Positions 37,118 to 46,094 of a stretch of 64,000 nucleotides of DNA are shown here, piece after piece. Position 1 is the first letter of the stretch; every line of letters starts with the position of its first letter. The DNA is taken from positions 57,923-121,922 of the forward strand of contig MGIW01000005.1 in the NCBI GenBank assembly GCA_001793945.1, written 5' to 3'. Below the pieces are notes generated by a model. The model saw nothing but the letters and a program-made list of their open reading frames with translations, searched no databases and was not told the origin of the DNA. This stretch comes from Candidatus Wolfebacteria bacterium RIFOXYD12_FULL_48_21. Its GTDB lineage: Bacteria; Patescibacteriota; Minisyncoccia; UBA6257; UBA9933. A program made the position numbers and the translations under genes.

Positions 37118-37176
37118 TTTAGTTTTACTTGGATCATCGTGGCTATCACGAACCGATTTTCATATAATGAAAACAC

Positions 37177-37779
37177 ATGACCGAACCAACCCAAAAACTG
37201 CTTGCGTTTTACGACAAGCACATCGACGAACACGGGTCCGGTCCGCGCGCGGTGGGGTGGGGGAGTGCCGGGTCGCAAAAGGTACGGTTCAAGGAATTGT
37301 CCGAGATAGGCGATTTGAACAATAGTTCCGTGCTCGATGTCGGGTGCGGGTTGGGGGATCTGTATGAATATCTCGCCGGTCGTTACGACGGCGTGGAGTA
37401 CACGGGCATAGACATCAATCCGCGCTATGTGGAGCGCGCACGGGAGGCGCACCCCGAAGCACATTTTGAGGTTGCGGATTTTGGAACATATGAAGGCAAA
37501 AAGTTTGACTACATACTTGCATCAGGTGCGTTTTCGGTAAAAATCCAGAATTATAAAGAGGTATATTTCAAGCATATCGAAAAAATGTTCGCCATGGCCC
37601 GCAAGGGGGTTGCGTTTAATATCCTCGACAAGGAACACCATCCCGACGATGAATCGTATGCCGCGTATTCGGTAGCTGAAGTACGCAATTTCTGCCTTTC
37701 CTTGACCGATAATGTCGTCATACGACACGACTATCTTCCGCACGATTTTACGGTGCTATCGGGAAAGCGCTTTATTTAG
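37177..37779 (+). CDS. Class I SAM-dependent methyltransferase
   Basis: Motif I VLDVGCGLGDL. About 200 aa. Confidence 0.65.
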   Translation: MTEPTQKLLAFYDKHIDEHGSGPRAVGWGSAGSQKVRFKELSEIGDLNNSSVLDVGCGLGDLYEYLAGRYDGVEYTGIDINPRYVERAREAHPEAHFEVADFGTYEGKKFDYILASGAFSVKIQNYKEVYFKHIEKMFAMARKGVAFNILDKEHHPDDESYAAYSVAEVRNFCLSLTDNVVIRHDYLPHDFTVLSGKRFI

Positions 37780-37794
37780 CATGCAGAAGCCAGT

Positions 37795-38274
37795 GTGGTA
37801 TGGTATACTAAAACCACTATGGAAAAGAATGAGGCAATGAAACAGGAGGCACTCGATTTTTTGAAGGACCATGTCGTGGCGGTCATCGCATCGACGGATA
37901 AAGATCATCGCCCGAACGCCGCAACGATCCTGTACCATATCGACGACGATATGAATTTCTTTTTCATGACCCGCAGGCAGACGCGCAAATACGAAAACAT
38001 CATGGCGAACCCGCGCGTGGCTATTGTGGTCGGCATAGGCGATGGGCCCGGCACGGTGCAGGCAGAAGGCGAGGCGCATGTCATAAAGGATGGTTTGGAA
38101 AAGTTTTTTAAAGAGATAGGGGATAACAAAATGTTGAAAGAAATGTACTACGGTCCATTTTTGATGCTGCCGGGTACGGATCTTGAAGTGGTGCGCGTGC
38201 GCATCGATTGGATGCGCTATCTGCATTTGAACACGGATACGCAAACGGAGGAATATTATAGAATCGTCGGTTAA
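37795..38274 (+). CDS. Pyridoxamine 5'-phosphate oxidase family (FMN-binding split barrel) protein
   Basis: FLKDHVVAVIAS...RPNAATILYH...FFFMTRRQTRKYENIMANPRVAIVV. Confidence 0.6.
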   Translation: MVWYTKTTMEKNEAMKQEALDFLKDHVVAVIASTDKDHRPNAATILYHIDDDMNFFFMTRRQTRKYENIMANPRVAIVVGIGDGPGTVQAEGEAHVIKDGLEKFFKEIGDNKMLKEMYYGPFLMLPGTDLEVVRVRIDWMRYLHLNTDTQTEEYYRIVG

Positions 38275-38287
38275 GCGAACACGCAGT

Positions 38288-39466
38288 ATGAAAGTTTTAT
38301 TTCCAAGAACACAAAAGATCAATCTTTCGCCGATAAAACAGATAGAACTGGAAGCGTCGCAGATCCCCGATGTCATTTCTTTGGCACAAGGCATTCCGTC
38401 GTTCGATACACCGGAGGTCGTCAAAAAGGCGGCCATCAAGGCGCTGAACAAAGGACTGGTGGCAAAGTATTCATTGACCTACGGATTGCCAGAATTGCGT
38501 GAGACCATCGAGGAAAAGCTTGCGGAGGAGGGAATGTACTACGATTTTGAAAATGAAATAGTGGTAACGGTAGGTTCAATCGAGGCGATTACGGCATCGT
38601 TGATCACGATCATAGACGGAAAAAAGAACGAAGTCGTTCTTTTTTCGCCGAGCTATGCATCGTACGCGGAAGCGGTGAAGGTTGCCGGGGGAAAACCGAT
38701 ATTTGTGAATCTCGATGAAAAAAACGGTTGGAGCGTAGACTTTGAAGCGTTGGCAAAAAAGATCACGGCCAACACGGCGGGGATTCTGTTTGCGAACCCG
38801 AACAACCCCACCGGAACGGTCATGGGGAAGGAAACGCTATTGCGCATAGCCGAGCTCGCGGAAAAGAAAAAGTGTTATATCATATCCGATGAGGTGTATA
38901 AGGATTTTTTGTACGGCGAATACGAGGGGGAGTCTTTGTTCTCCTTGGCGCAAGTTCCCGCATTGCGCAAGCGGGTCATTCGCGTATTTAGCTTATCGAA
39001 GGCATATGCCATGACCGGGTGGCGCATAGGGTTCGTGCATAGCGATGAAGAAGTGATTAAAGAAATCGTAAAGGTGCACGACGCGATGGTCACATGCGCA
39101 CCGGTCATCTCGCAATACGCAGCCATGGCCGCACTCGATTTCGCAGATAAAGATATTGAGCGATTTCGTGAAGAATATGCACGGCGCAGGGATATCACTA
39201 TGGCGCATCTTGATGATCTTTCGGAGTTCTTCTCTTATGAAAAGCCAAACGGAGCATACTTCGTATTTCCGAAACTGTTGCCCAAGCGGGATTCGTGGCA
39301 ATTCGCACATGACCTGCTCGAAAAGGCCGGGGTCGCCGTGGTGCCGGGGGTCGCATTTGGACCGAACGGTGAAAGCCATATTCGCATTTCATTCGGACGG
39401 ACGGAAAAGGATATTGATAGGGCGTTTGAGAGGATTAAAGCGTATTTTAGGAAAGAGGCAAAATGA
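38288..39466 (+). CDS. PLP-dependent aminotransferase, class I/II (aspartate aminotransferase-like)
   Basis: SLSKAYAMTGWRIGF (PLP-lysine region). NPNNPTG. Confidence 0.8.
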   Translation: MKVLFPRTQKINLSPIKQIELEASQIPDVISLAQGIPSFDTPEVVKKAAIKALNKGLVAKYSLTYGLPELRETIEEKLAEEGMYYDFENEIVVTVGSIEAITASLITIIDGKKNEVVLFSPSYASYAEAVKVAGGKPIFVNLDEKNGWSVDFEALAKKITANTAGILFANPNNPTGTVMGKETLLRIAELAEKKKCYIISDEVYKDFLYGEYEGESLFSLAQVPALRKRVIRVFSLSKAYAMTGWRIGFVHSDEEVIKEIVKVHDAMVTCAPVISQYAAMAALDFADKDIERFREEYARRRDITMAHLDDLSEFFSYEKPNGAYFVFPKLLPKRDSWQFAHDLLEKAGVAVVPGVAFGPNGESHIRISFGRTEKDIDRAFERIKAYFRKEAK

Positions 39467-39524
39467 GGAGGGTGTCATACCTACGCCTGCCTGCCAGTGG
39501 GCAGGAAAGCAGGGCGCATAGTAT

Positions 39525-39669
39525 TGTCATCCCGCCCTCCCCCCCCCGTATTGTCATCCCGAGCGCAATGCAATGGAGTCGAGGGATCTGATTTAAGAAA
39601 GCAGATTCCTCGACTGCACGGAGTACTGCGGAGTTTATCCTGAGCTTGTCGAACGGGCTCGGAATGACA
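39525..39669. repeat. Composite palindromic repeat cluster
   Basis: ttgtcatcccgccctccc...ttgtcatcccgagcg...tcctgagcttgtcgaacgggctcggaatgaca. The tcctgagcttgtcgaacgg segment is also found at 17345-17365. Confidence 0.8.
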
Positions 39670-39704
39670 GGGGAGTCAATGGAAGAGTTTGCCATATAAT
39701 CACA

Positions 39705-40526
39705 ATGAACACGATCGCAAAACGAACAACTCAATGTATCCTGAAATGGCTCGCAAAGGCACATATCGCCAAAACGAAGCCATATATTATCGTGATCGCG
39801 GGTACGACCAGACGCGCATGGATAAAGGAAGCGGTGGAGCGCGCGTTACTCGAGCGCAACACATTGGTCCGCTCGAGTAAAAAGCATTTCAATGCGGAAC
39901 TTGGGTTGCCGTTGTCTATTCTGGATCTTCCGTCAGGGGAGGGGAACGCGCGCAAATGGATTGGCGTGCTATGGCAGGCTTTCAAAAAGGTTGCCGATTT
40001 TAGAAAAAAGACGATAAGCAGGGAGCGAATAGAACACCTTGTGCTTGAGTTGGCGATTGATACTCCGCGAGACATGGATTATTTGTTGAGCATCGTAAAG
40101 CCGAACATGGTGGTCATGACGACGGTGACCATGGTCTATGCGGAACAATTCGAAACCTTGGACAATGTTGCGCATGAATTCGAGGCGCTCGCCGCAGCAC
40201 TCCCATGGAATGGCATATTGGTACTGAATGCCGATGACGATCGCATCCGTGAGCTTTCGCATGCATACAAGGGCAAAACGGTAACCTATGGTTTTGCCGA
40301 AGATGCGCAGTTCAGGGCGGTCGACGCCCGCAGAACGGAAACGGGCGAGGAGTTCCGCTTTGAGGTAAAGCGCAAGGAGCTCGAGTCGTATCGCAAAAAA
40401 ATCAACAGGTTCGGCAAGCATCATATCTATGCGGAGCTGGTTCGCGAAATTGTGCTTGACAACTTCAAGGCCCAACCAAAAGATTTCTTCAACCGCATGG
40501 CAAAGGGGTTGTTGGATAGGGGATAG
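39705..40526 (+). CDS. Mur ligase-like protein with degenerate P-loop (probable pseudoenzyme)
   Basis: IIVIAGTTRRAWIKEAVERAL aligns to ITGTNGKTTT with GKT replaced by RRA. ILVLNADDDRI matches the MurF-type motif. Confidence 0.35.
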   Translation: MNTIAKRTTQCILKWLAKAHIAKTKPYIIVIAGTTRRAWIKEAVERALLERNTLVRSSKKHFNAELGLPLSILDLPSGEGNARKWIGVLWQAFKKVADFRKKTISRERIEHLVLELAIDTPRDMDYLLSIVKPNMVVMTTVTMVYAEQFETLDNVAHEFEALAAALPWNGILVLNADDDRIRELSHAYKGKTVTYGFAEDAQFRAVDARRTETGEEFRFEVKRKELESYRKKINRFGKHHIYAELVREIVLDNFKAQPKDFFNRMAKGLLDRG

Positions 40527-40530
40527 AATG
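40473..40530 (+). repeat. 58-bp direct repeat, copy 1 (the 3' end of the Mur ligase-like CDS)
   Basis: caaccaaaagatttcttcaaccgcatggcaaaggggttgttggataggggatagaatg. Has one mismatch to copy 2 at 41451-41508. Confidence 0.85.
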
Positions 40531-40585
40531 ATGGAGGATAAAAAGTGGGCTGGATTTTAATGTGTTTTTATGATATAATATAAAA

Positions 40586-40816
40586 ATGAAAACGCTTGAT
40601 AAAAAATCGCTGTTTTGGGATGTTCGCGATATCGATCCGCAAAAAAATGCACGGTTTATAATCGAGCGGATCTTGGCGTTTGGCGACTTGGACGACTTCA
40701 AATGGTTGGTAGACAGGTACGGAGTTGAAAAGATTAAGGATGTATGCGCGCACAGCAAGGTGCTTGATAGAAAATCGGCATCGTTTTGGAACAATTATTT
40801 TCGTCGAAACGCATAA
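40586..40816 (+). CDS. Small hypothetical protein, candidate cognate partner (antitoxin?) of the downstream AbiEii-like gene
   Basis: 76 aa. Its stop lies 3 nt before the start of the next gene. Confidence 0.35.
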   Translation: MKTLDKKSLFWDVRDIDPQKNARFIIERILAFGDLDDFKWLVDRYGVEKIKDVCAHSKVLDRKSASFWNNYFRRNA

Positions 40817-40818
40817 TA

Positions 40819-41448
40819 ATGCATACAGAATCAATCCACGAAGAAACAAAGAAGGTATTGGAACTATTGTCGGCGAGCGGTGTCGTCGACGGTTTTTATT
40901 TAGCGGGCGGGACGGCGCTGGCAATACAGCTCGGGCATCGGGAATCGATCGATCTTGATTGGTTTTGCAGTGCAGGTTTTTCAAACGAACAGCTGATATC
41001 CCTCTTGGCGAAGCTGGGCGTTTTTTCGCTCACGAGCGAAGATGTTGATACGGTGCACGGTGTATTGAATGGAGTAAAAATAAGTTTTTTGAAATACGAC
41101 CATGAGCAACTGTTTCCATTTGTCGAGTTTGATGGCGTGCGAGTGGCAGACGAGCGCGATATAGCGGCGATGAAGATCAGCGCCATATCGTCACGCGGAA
41201 GCAAAAAGGATTTTATCGATCTGTATTTTCTGATGCAGAAATATCACATAACTGAATTGCTTGTGTTGTTTGAGCGGAAGCATAGCGGCATTCAATATAA
41301 CATGCTGCACATTTTGAAAAGCTTGGATTTTTTCGATAGCGCGGACGATGACCCGATGCCAATCATGCTCAAGCCGATTGAATGGCCAGAGGTTAAACGG
41401 GCGATCGAGCGGGAGGTGGACGGTTATATTGCAAAATATAGGAAGTAA
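40819..41448 (+). CDS. Nucleotidyltransferase of the AbiEii/AbiGii (DUF1814) toxin family
   Basis: GGTAL motif with RESIDLDWF (FYLAGGTALAIQLGHRESIDLDWF). About 210 aa. A start at the ATG at 40819 is preferred. Confidence 0.6.
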   Translation: MHTESIHEETKKVLELLSASGVVDGFYLAGGTALAIQLGHRESIDLDWFCSAGFSNEQLISLLAKLGVFSLTSEDVDTVHGVLNGVKISFLKYDHEQLFPFVEFDGVRVADERDIAAMKISAISSRGSKKDFIDLYFLMQKYHITELLVLFERKHSGIQYNMLHILKSLDFFDSADDDPMPIMLKPIEWPEVKRAIEREVDGYIAKYRK

Positions 41449-41450
41449 GA

Positions 41451-41508
41451 CAACCAAAAGATTTCTTCAACCGCATGGCAAAAGGGTTGTTGGATAGGGG
41501 ATAGAATG
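41451..41508 (+). repeat. 58-bp direct repeat, copy 2
   Basis: caaccaaaagatttcttcaaccgcatggcaaaagggttgttggataggggatagaatg. Confidence 0.85.
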
Positions 41509-41518
41509 GTATGGAATA

Positions 41519-41548
41519 AAAACGCCGCCGGATTTTCGGCGGCATTTT
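41519..41548 (+). terminator. Rho-independent terminator
   Basis: aaaaacgccgccggattttcggcggcatttt. Confidence 0.65.
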
Positions 41549-41561
41549 GCTGTGCGTCAAA

Positions 41562-41589
41562 AATAAAAGGTTTGACAAATACTATAAAT
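41562..41589 (+). promoter_or_regulatory. Sigma70-like promoter
   Basis: TTGACA, a 16-nt spacer, then CATAAT. Confidence 0.4.
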
Positions 41590-41655
41590 AATGCATAATT
41601 TATCCAGATAGCAAATTACAGGCCTTAAAAAATAAATAGCGGAAGGGAGAAGACC

Positions 41656-42243
41656 ATGACAGATGATCTCGGGAAGTTTATCAATGGGAGGGTTGTTTCA
41701 GAACTGGAGAAAAGGGGTGTGACCGAAGCGGATATCAACTTGGTTGTGGAAAAGGGTGAAGTATTGGCAGTCGACATATTCGTCGACGCCTTCTTGAAGT
41801 GCCTCCAGCGGGTTAAGGAGGCATTCCGTACTATGACCGGAGGCACCCGCACGACCGATGAGGTCGTTGCCGCCGGCAACTATGACTGGGTGAACTCCAT
41901 GGTCAACGGGGATAACTTCCCGATGCGGCCCATGCCCGATGGTCCCCGCGAGATAGTGTTCCTCGAATTCGATCACGATACGACATCCGAGGAAGCCCTT
42001 GCGGAAGCGGAGCGACAAGGGCTTGAGCGTCCTCTGTACGAAGACGCACTGTTTTTCGGAGAACAGCATCCCGAAGAACAGCGCAAAGACCCGATCGTAT
42101 TCCTGCACGAACCGTGGCAGGACCCGTGCGGCAACCTGAGCGTGCTGGTACTCGACTGCGGTGACAGGTACCGCTACCTGCGCCTGGGCTACTTCGGCGA
42201 CAGTTGGGATCGGCGGTGTCGGTTCGCGTTCGTCCGAAAGTAA
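41656..42243 (+). CDS. Hypothetical protein (GC-rich, likely foreign)
   Basis: 195-aa ORF at about 60% GC, with SD gggaga. Followed by a terminator at 42301-42329. Confidence 0.35.
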   Translation: MTDDLGKFINGRVVSELEKRGVTEADINLVVEKGEVLAVDIFVDAFLKCLQRVKEAFRTMTGGTRTTDEVVAAGNYDWVNSMVNGDNFPMRPMPDGPREIVFLEFDHDTTSEEALAEAERQGLERPLYEDALFFGEQHPEEQRKDPIVFLHEPWQDPCGNLSVLVLDCGDRYRYLRLGYFGDSWDRRCRFAFVRK

Positions 42244-42300
42244 CTTGGATTCTGAGAATCTTGTGCCTTGTCGGGCACTTGGACCCTTGGAATCTTTCTA

Positions 42301-42329
42301 CGGCCCTCGCTATGCGAGGGCCTTTTTTG
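42301..42329 (+). terminator. Rho-independent terminator
   Basis: cggccctcgctatgcgagggcctttttt. Confidence 0.65.
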
Positions 42330-42390
42330 TTAGAGAGCAAATATTTTTTGTATTATTGCACAATTATACTATATTTAGTACAATTAAATC

Positions 42391-43230
42391 ATGGGAAGAA
42401 AAATGGTATCCATTTCAATAGAGAAATTAAGGGAACTGTATATCGATAAATACTTATCATCCTATGAAATCGGGGAGCAATTTAATTGTTCGGATGCTAC
42501 CATTAGAAATAAATTAAAAGAGGCGGGAATCAAATTGCGATCAGGCGGTAGGAAAAAGTTCAAATATAAAAAATATTCCTTCGCGGGGAATGATACGATA
42601 AAGGCATATATGGTTGGGTTCAGAATCGGAGATCTAAATGTATATCGGCCGAGCGTCAATTCGAGAATATTAGTGATAAGGTGTCATACGACCATATTGC
42701 ATCAAGTAGATGTTATAAAATTTTTGTTTGGTAAATATGGGAAAGTAGAGGATGCAATTGGGAAAACTGGATCATATCATGTTAATGTTTATCTGGACCA
42801 GTCATTCGATTTTTTAGTGAGTAAAACAGAAATACCCCAATGGATAAAGGAGGGGGATTCTGCCGTTAAGTGGTCATTTATAGCGGGGTATGTAGACGCC
42901 GAAGGGTCTTTTAAGCTAAATCAAGGCAAGGGGCGATTTAAGATAGATGCGTACGATTACTTTATTTTGGAATGGATTAATGAATTTTTGCAAAATGAGC
43001 AGATCAATGGTAAGTTTAGGCGAATATGCGAGAAGGGGGAGCTTAAGTATGCATCCTATGTATGGAAGGATGACCTATGGAGATTGGAAGTAAATTCTGC
43101 GCATTGCTTGGAGCGGTTTATACAAGGGATGATGCCATATCTCTTACATGTCGATAGAATAAAAGATGCTAAAATAGTATTAGAGAATATCAATGAACGA
43201 AAAAAACGGGGGACAATTAAGTCATATTAG
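42391..43230 (+). CDS. Free-standing double-motif LAGLIDADG homing endonuclease-like protein with N-terminal HTH
   Basis: Motif 1 YMVGFRIGDLNV. Motif 2 FIAGYVDAEGSF. N-terminal HTH LRELYIDKYLSSYEIGEQFNCSDATIRNKLKEAG. An AT-rich gene. Confidence 0.65.
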   Translation: MGRKMVSISIEKLRELYIDKYLSSYEIGEQFNCSDATIRNKLKEAGIKLRSGGRKKFKYKKYSFAGNDTIKAYMVGFRIGDLNVYRPSVNSRILVIRCHTTILHQVDVIKFLFGKYGKVEDAIGKTGSYHVNVYLDQSFDFLVSKTEIPQWIKEGDSAVKWSFIAGYVDAEGSFKLNQGKGRFKIDAYDYFILEWINEFLQNEQINGKFRRICEKGELKYASYVWKDDLWRLEVNSAHCLERFIQGMMPYLLHVDRIKDAKIVLENINERKKRGTIKSY

Positions 43231-45013
43231 AAACTTTGCGATAATAGCCCACATAGATGCGGGAAAGTCCACATTGGCTGACCGTCTATTGGAGATTACC
43301 AAGACCGTGGAAGTGCGCGACATGAAGGCGCAATTTTTGGATCAAATGGATCTCGAGCGTGAGCGGGGCATTACTATAAAAATGGCTCCGGTGCGCATGG
43401 ACTATGTGAGCCAACGCGACGGAAAGAAATACATATTGAATCTTATAGACACGCCGGGTCACCCCGACTTTGCATATGAGGTATCGCGCGCGTTTAAGGC
43501 GGTAGAGGGCGTCATTTTGTTGGTGGATGCGACGCAGGGCATACAGGCGCAGACCTTGGCGAATTTTGAAATGGCAAAAAAGGCGGGCGTCAAAGTGATC
43601 GGTGCGTTGAACAAGGTAGACATGAACCCGCCGCAGCTCGAGACGGTATTACTTGAAACTGCGCAGCTGTTGGATTGTCCGCTTGAAGATATATTCAGAA
43701 TATCGGGAAAAACCGGCGCGGGCGTGCAGGAACTGCTCGAAGAAGTGATCGTGAAACTTCCGCCTCCGAAGGAGTGGGAACAAGGATCGAAAGAACAAAA
43801 GGCAGAATCCACGGCAGGGAGGGCGGCGCTGGTGTTTGATTCGGTGTACGACGACCACAAGGGCATCATCGCATTCGTGCGGGTGTTTCATGGCGAGTTT
43901 GCGGGCAACCAAGATACAAAACTGGTGGCGACGAATGTGAAAATAAAAACAAAGGAGGTCGGCTACTTCCAGCCGAAAATGAAGGCATCGCCGAAGATAA
44001 CAAAAGGGGAGATTGGTTACATCGCGACCGGCATCAAGGATCCGGATAAATTGAAGATCGGCGATACGATCGGCGACACCGATTTGGGAGGATATCAGGA
44101 ACCGCAACCGCGGGTATTTGTTTCCTTCTTCCCGGAAGATGGTAGCGAATATGAAGAACTGAAAAAATCGTTTCAAAAATTGAAATTGACCGACCCGGCA
44201 CTTAAGACCGACCCGGATTACAACGATGTATTGGGCCGAGGATTTAAAGTTGGCTTTTTGGGCAAGTTGCATTTTGAGATCATTTCGCAGCGATTGGAGC
44301 AGGATTTTGACATGAGTACGGTAAACAGCTTCCCGTCGGTGGCGTACAAAATAAAGAAGCCGCATGGAAAGGAATTGGTGGTGATAGAAAACCCGCAGGA
44401 CCTGCCGGCGGAATATGACGAAATATGGGAGCCGATGATCGAGCTGGAGATATTGGCGCCCACGGTCTATTTGGGGCCGATCATGAAGCTAAAAGAGATG
44501 TTTCGCATGGGAGAAATGCAGACGACCAACATGGTCGATCGCGTGCTCATCAAAACGCGCATGCCGCTCATGGAATTGATATCCGACTTCGACGACCAGC
44601 TGAAATCGCTGACCCACGGGTTTGCGTCATTTAGTTACGAAATGTCCGAATACCAAAAGGCGGACCTTGCGCGCATCGATGTGATGGTTGCAAAGGATAT
44701 GGTGGTCGGCTTGTCGCGCATTTTGCCAAAAAAAGACATAGAATACGAGGCACGACAAATGGCGATACGCTTGAAGGATCTTTTACCGCAACAACAGTTT
44801 GCGCAGGCTATTCAGATCACAACGGGAGCGAAAGTCATCGCGCGCGAAACGATAGCGCCGATGCGCAAGGATGTGACGGGGTATTTGTACGGTGGCGACA
44901 GAACGCGCAAAATGAAACTGTGGAAAAAGCAGAAAGAAGGAAAGAAACGGTTGCTTTCCATGGCAAAGGTAAATGTATCCGCCGATGTGTTCAAGGAACT
45001 GCTGAAGAAGTGA
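43193..45013 (+). CDS. lepA: Translation elongation factor 4 (LepA)
   Basis: NFAIIAHIDAGKSTL G1 motif. DTPGH. NKVD. About 600 aa, with a LepA-specific C-terminal domain. Confidence 0.9.
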   Translation: MNEKNGGQLSHIRNFAIIAHIDAGKSTLADRLLEITKTVEVRDMKAQFLDQMDLERERGITIKMAPVRMDYVSQRDGKKYILNLIDTPGHPDFAYEVSRAFKAVEGVILLVDATQGIQAQTLANFEMAKKAGVKVIGALNKVDMNPPQLETVLLETAQLLDCPLEDIFRISGKTGAGVQELLEEVIVKLPPPKEWEQGSKEQKAESTAGRAALVFDSVYDDHKGIIAFVRVFHGEFAGNQDTKLVATNVKIKTKEVGYFQPKMKASPKITKGEIGYIATGIKDPDKLKIGDTIGDTDLGGYQEPQPRVFVSFFPEDGSEYEELKKSFQKLKLTDPALKTDPDYNDVLGRGFKVGFLGKLHFEIISQRLEQDFDMSTVNSFPSVAYKIKKPHGKELVVIENPQDLPAEYDEIWEPMIELEILAPTVYLGPIMKLKEMFRMGEMQTTNMVDRVLIKTRMPLMELISDFDDQLKSLTHGFASFSYEMSEYQKADLARIDVMVAKDMVVGLSRILPKKDIEYEARQMAIRLKDLLPQQQFAQAIQITTGAKVIARETIAPMRKDVTGYLYGGDRTRKMKLWKKQKEGKKRLLSMAKVNVSADVFKELLKK

Positions 45014-45119
45014 CCCGCCTCAAGCGGGTCATCCCGGACTTGATCCGGGATCTCGTGTAAGGCAAGGAGATTCCGGCTCCCCGTATCGTGGTACGGGGCA
45101 GGCTCCGGGCCGGAATGAC
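45011..45119. repeat. Composite palindromic repeat after lepA
   Basis: gacccgcctcaagcgggtcatcccggacttgatccgggatctcg...gggccggaatgacag. Confidence 0.75.
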
Positions 45120-45209
45120 AGTAGACTCATTTTACGGTATAGTATATATGGTTAGGGAAAGCGCTCTTTCCGCCGTGAACCAAGAACTGTTAACTGTGAA
45201 CCATTTACT

Positions 45210-45473
45210 ATGGGTAAATATATTACAATCGCGATTTTGGCAGTTATCATTGTGTTTGTCTCGATAAAGGCCTTCGGGATGTTCGGGAAGGGGCGTGATA
45301 TGGGCGACCAACTACAGGCATCCAAGGAAAAGATGGAACTGCTGAGCAAGGAAAACGAAGAATTACAGGCGCAGCTAAATTATTTTTCCCACGAAGAAAA
45401 TCTTGAAAAGGAACTACGGGCAAAATTCAATTATAAAAAGCCGGATGAAAAGATCATGATCATCACGCCGTAA
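45210..45473 (+). CDS. Septum formation initiator family protein (FtsB/DivIC-like)
   Basis: N-terminal TM helix followed by a coiled coil (ELLSKENEELQAQLNYFSHEENLEKELRAKFNYKKPDEKIM). Confidence 0.55.
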   Translation: MGKYITIAILAVIIVFVSIKAFGMFGKGRDMGDQLQASKEKMELLSKENEELQAQLNYFSHEENLEKELRAKFNYKKPDEKIMIITP

Positions 45474-45480
45474 TACCATT

Positions 45481-46068
45481 ATGAAACCCAAAAAAATAGT
45501 AAAACTGACTGCACTCATCGGAGGAGGAATTATATTGATTGGAGGTATTGTGATCGGGGTGACCGGCTTATGGCCGGTTGCGCGCGTGGGTGCTTCACCG
45601 ATCACCTATGCGGCATTCAGGGATAATTTCATGATGGTGGATTATTTTTATCGGAGCAATGTGCGGATCACCGGCGGAAGCGACCAGGCGGTAAATACGA
45701 ATGAGGTCCAGCGCGATCTGCAGCGCGTGACTATGGAGGGCTTGATCGACAGGATATTGATCGATCGCGAGCTGAAAAAGCGCTATACCGATGACGATCT
45801 CGAGCGGTTGATCGCAAATAAGATAGAGGGAGTCGATTTGACTTCGGAAACGATGGTAGAAGCGATGAGACTGATGTACGGATTGGAAGCGGAGGGATTT
45901 AAGGAGCTGGTATTGATCCCGAAAGCGAAGCAAGAGATTCTCGAGGGAAATCTATCCCTGCAAAATGGAACATTCAGCGATTGGTTGGCAGCACAAAAAA
46001 CGGAAGCAAGTATTCTTGTGTTTGTGCCGAGCCTTCAGTGGAGCGGAGATGAGGTGCGGGTTCGATAA
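45481..46068 (+). CDS. Hypothetical membrane-anchored protein (possibly SurA-N-like chaperone domain)
   Basis: An N-terminal TM helix and a helical extracytoplasmic domain. Confidence 0.3.
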   Translation: MKPKKIVKLTALIGGGIILIGGIVIGVTGLWPVARVGASPITYAAFRDNFMMVDYFYRSNVRITGGSDQAVNTNEVQRDLQRVTMEGLIDRILIDRELKKRYTDDDLERLIANKIEGVDLTSETMVEAMRLMYGLEAEGFKELVLIPKAKQEILEGNLSLQNGTFSDWLAAQKTEASILVFVPSLQWSGDEVRVR

Positions 46069-46094
46069 TAAACACATGCCCGCGTAACGCGGGC

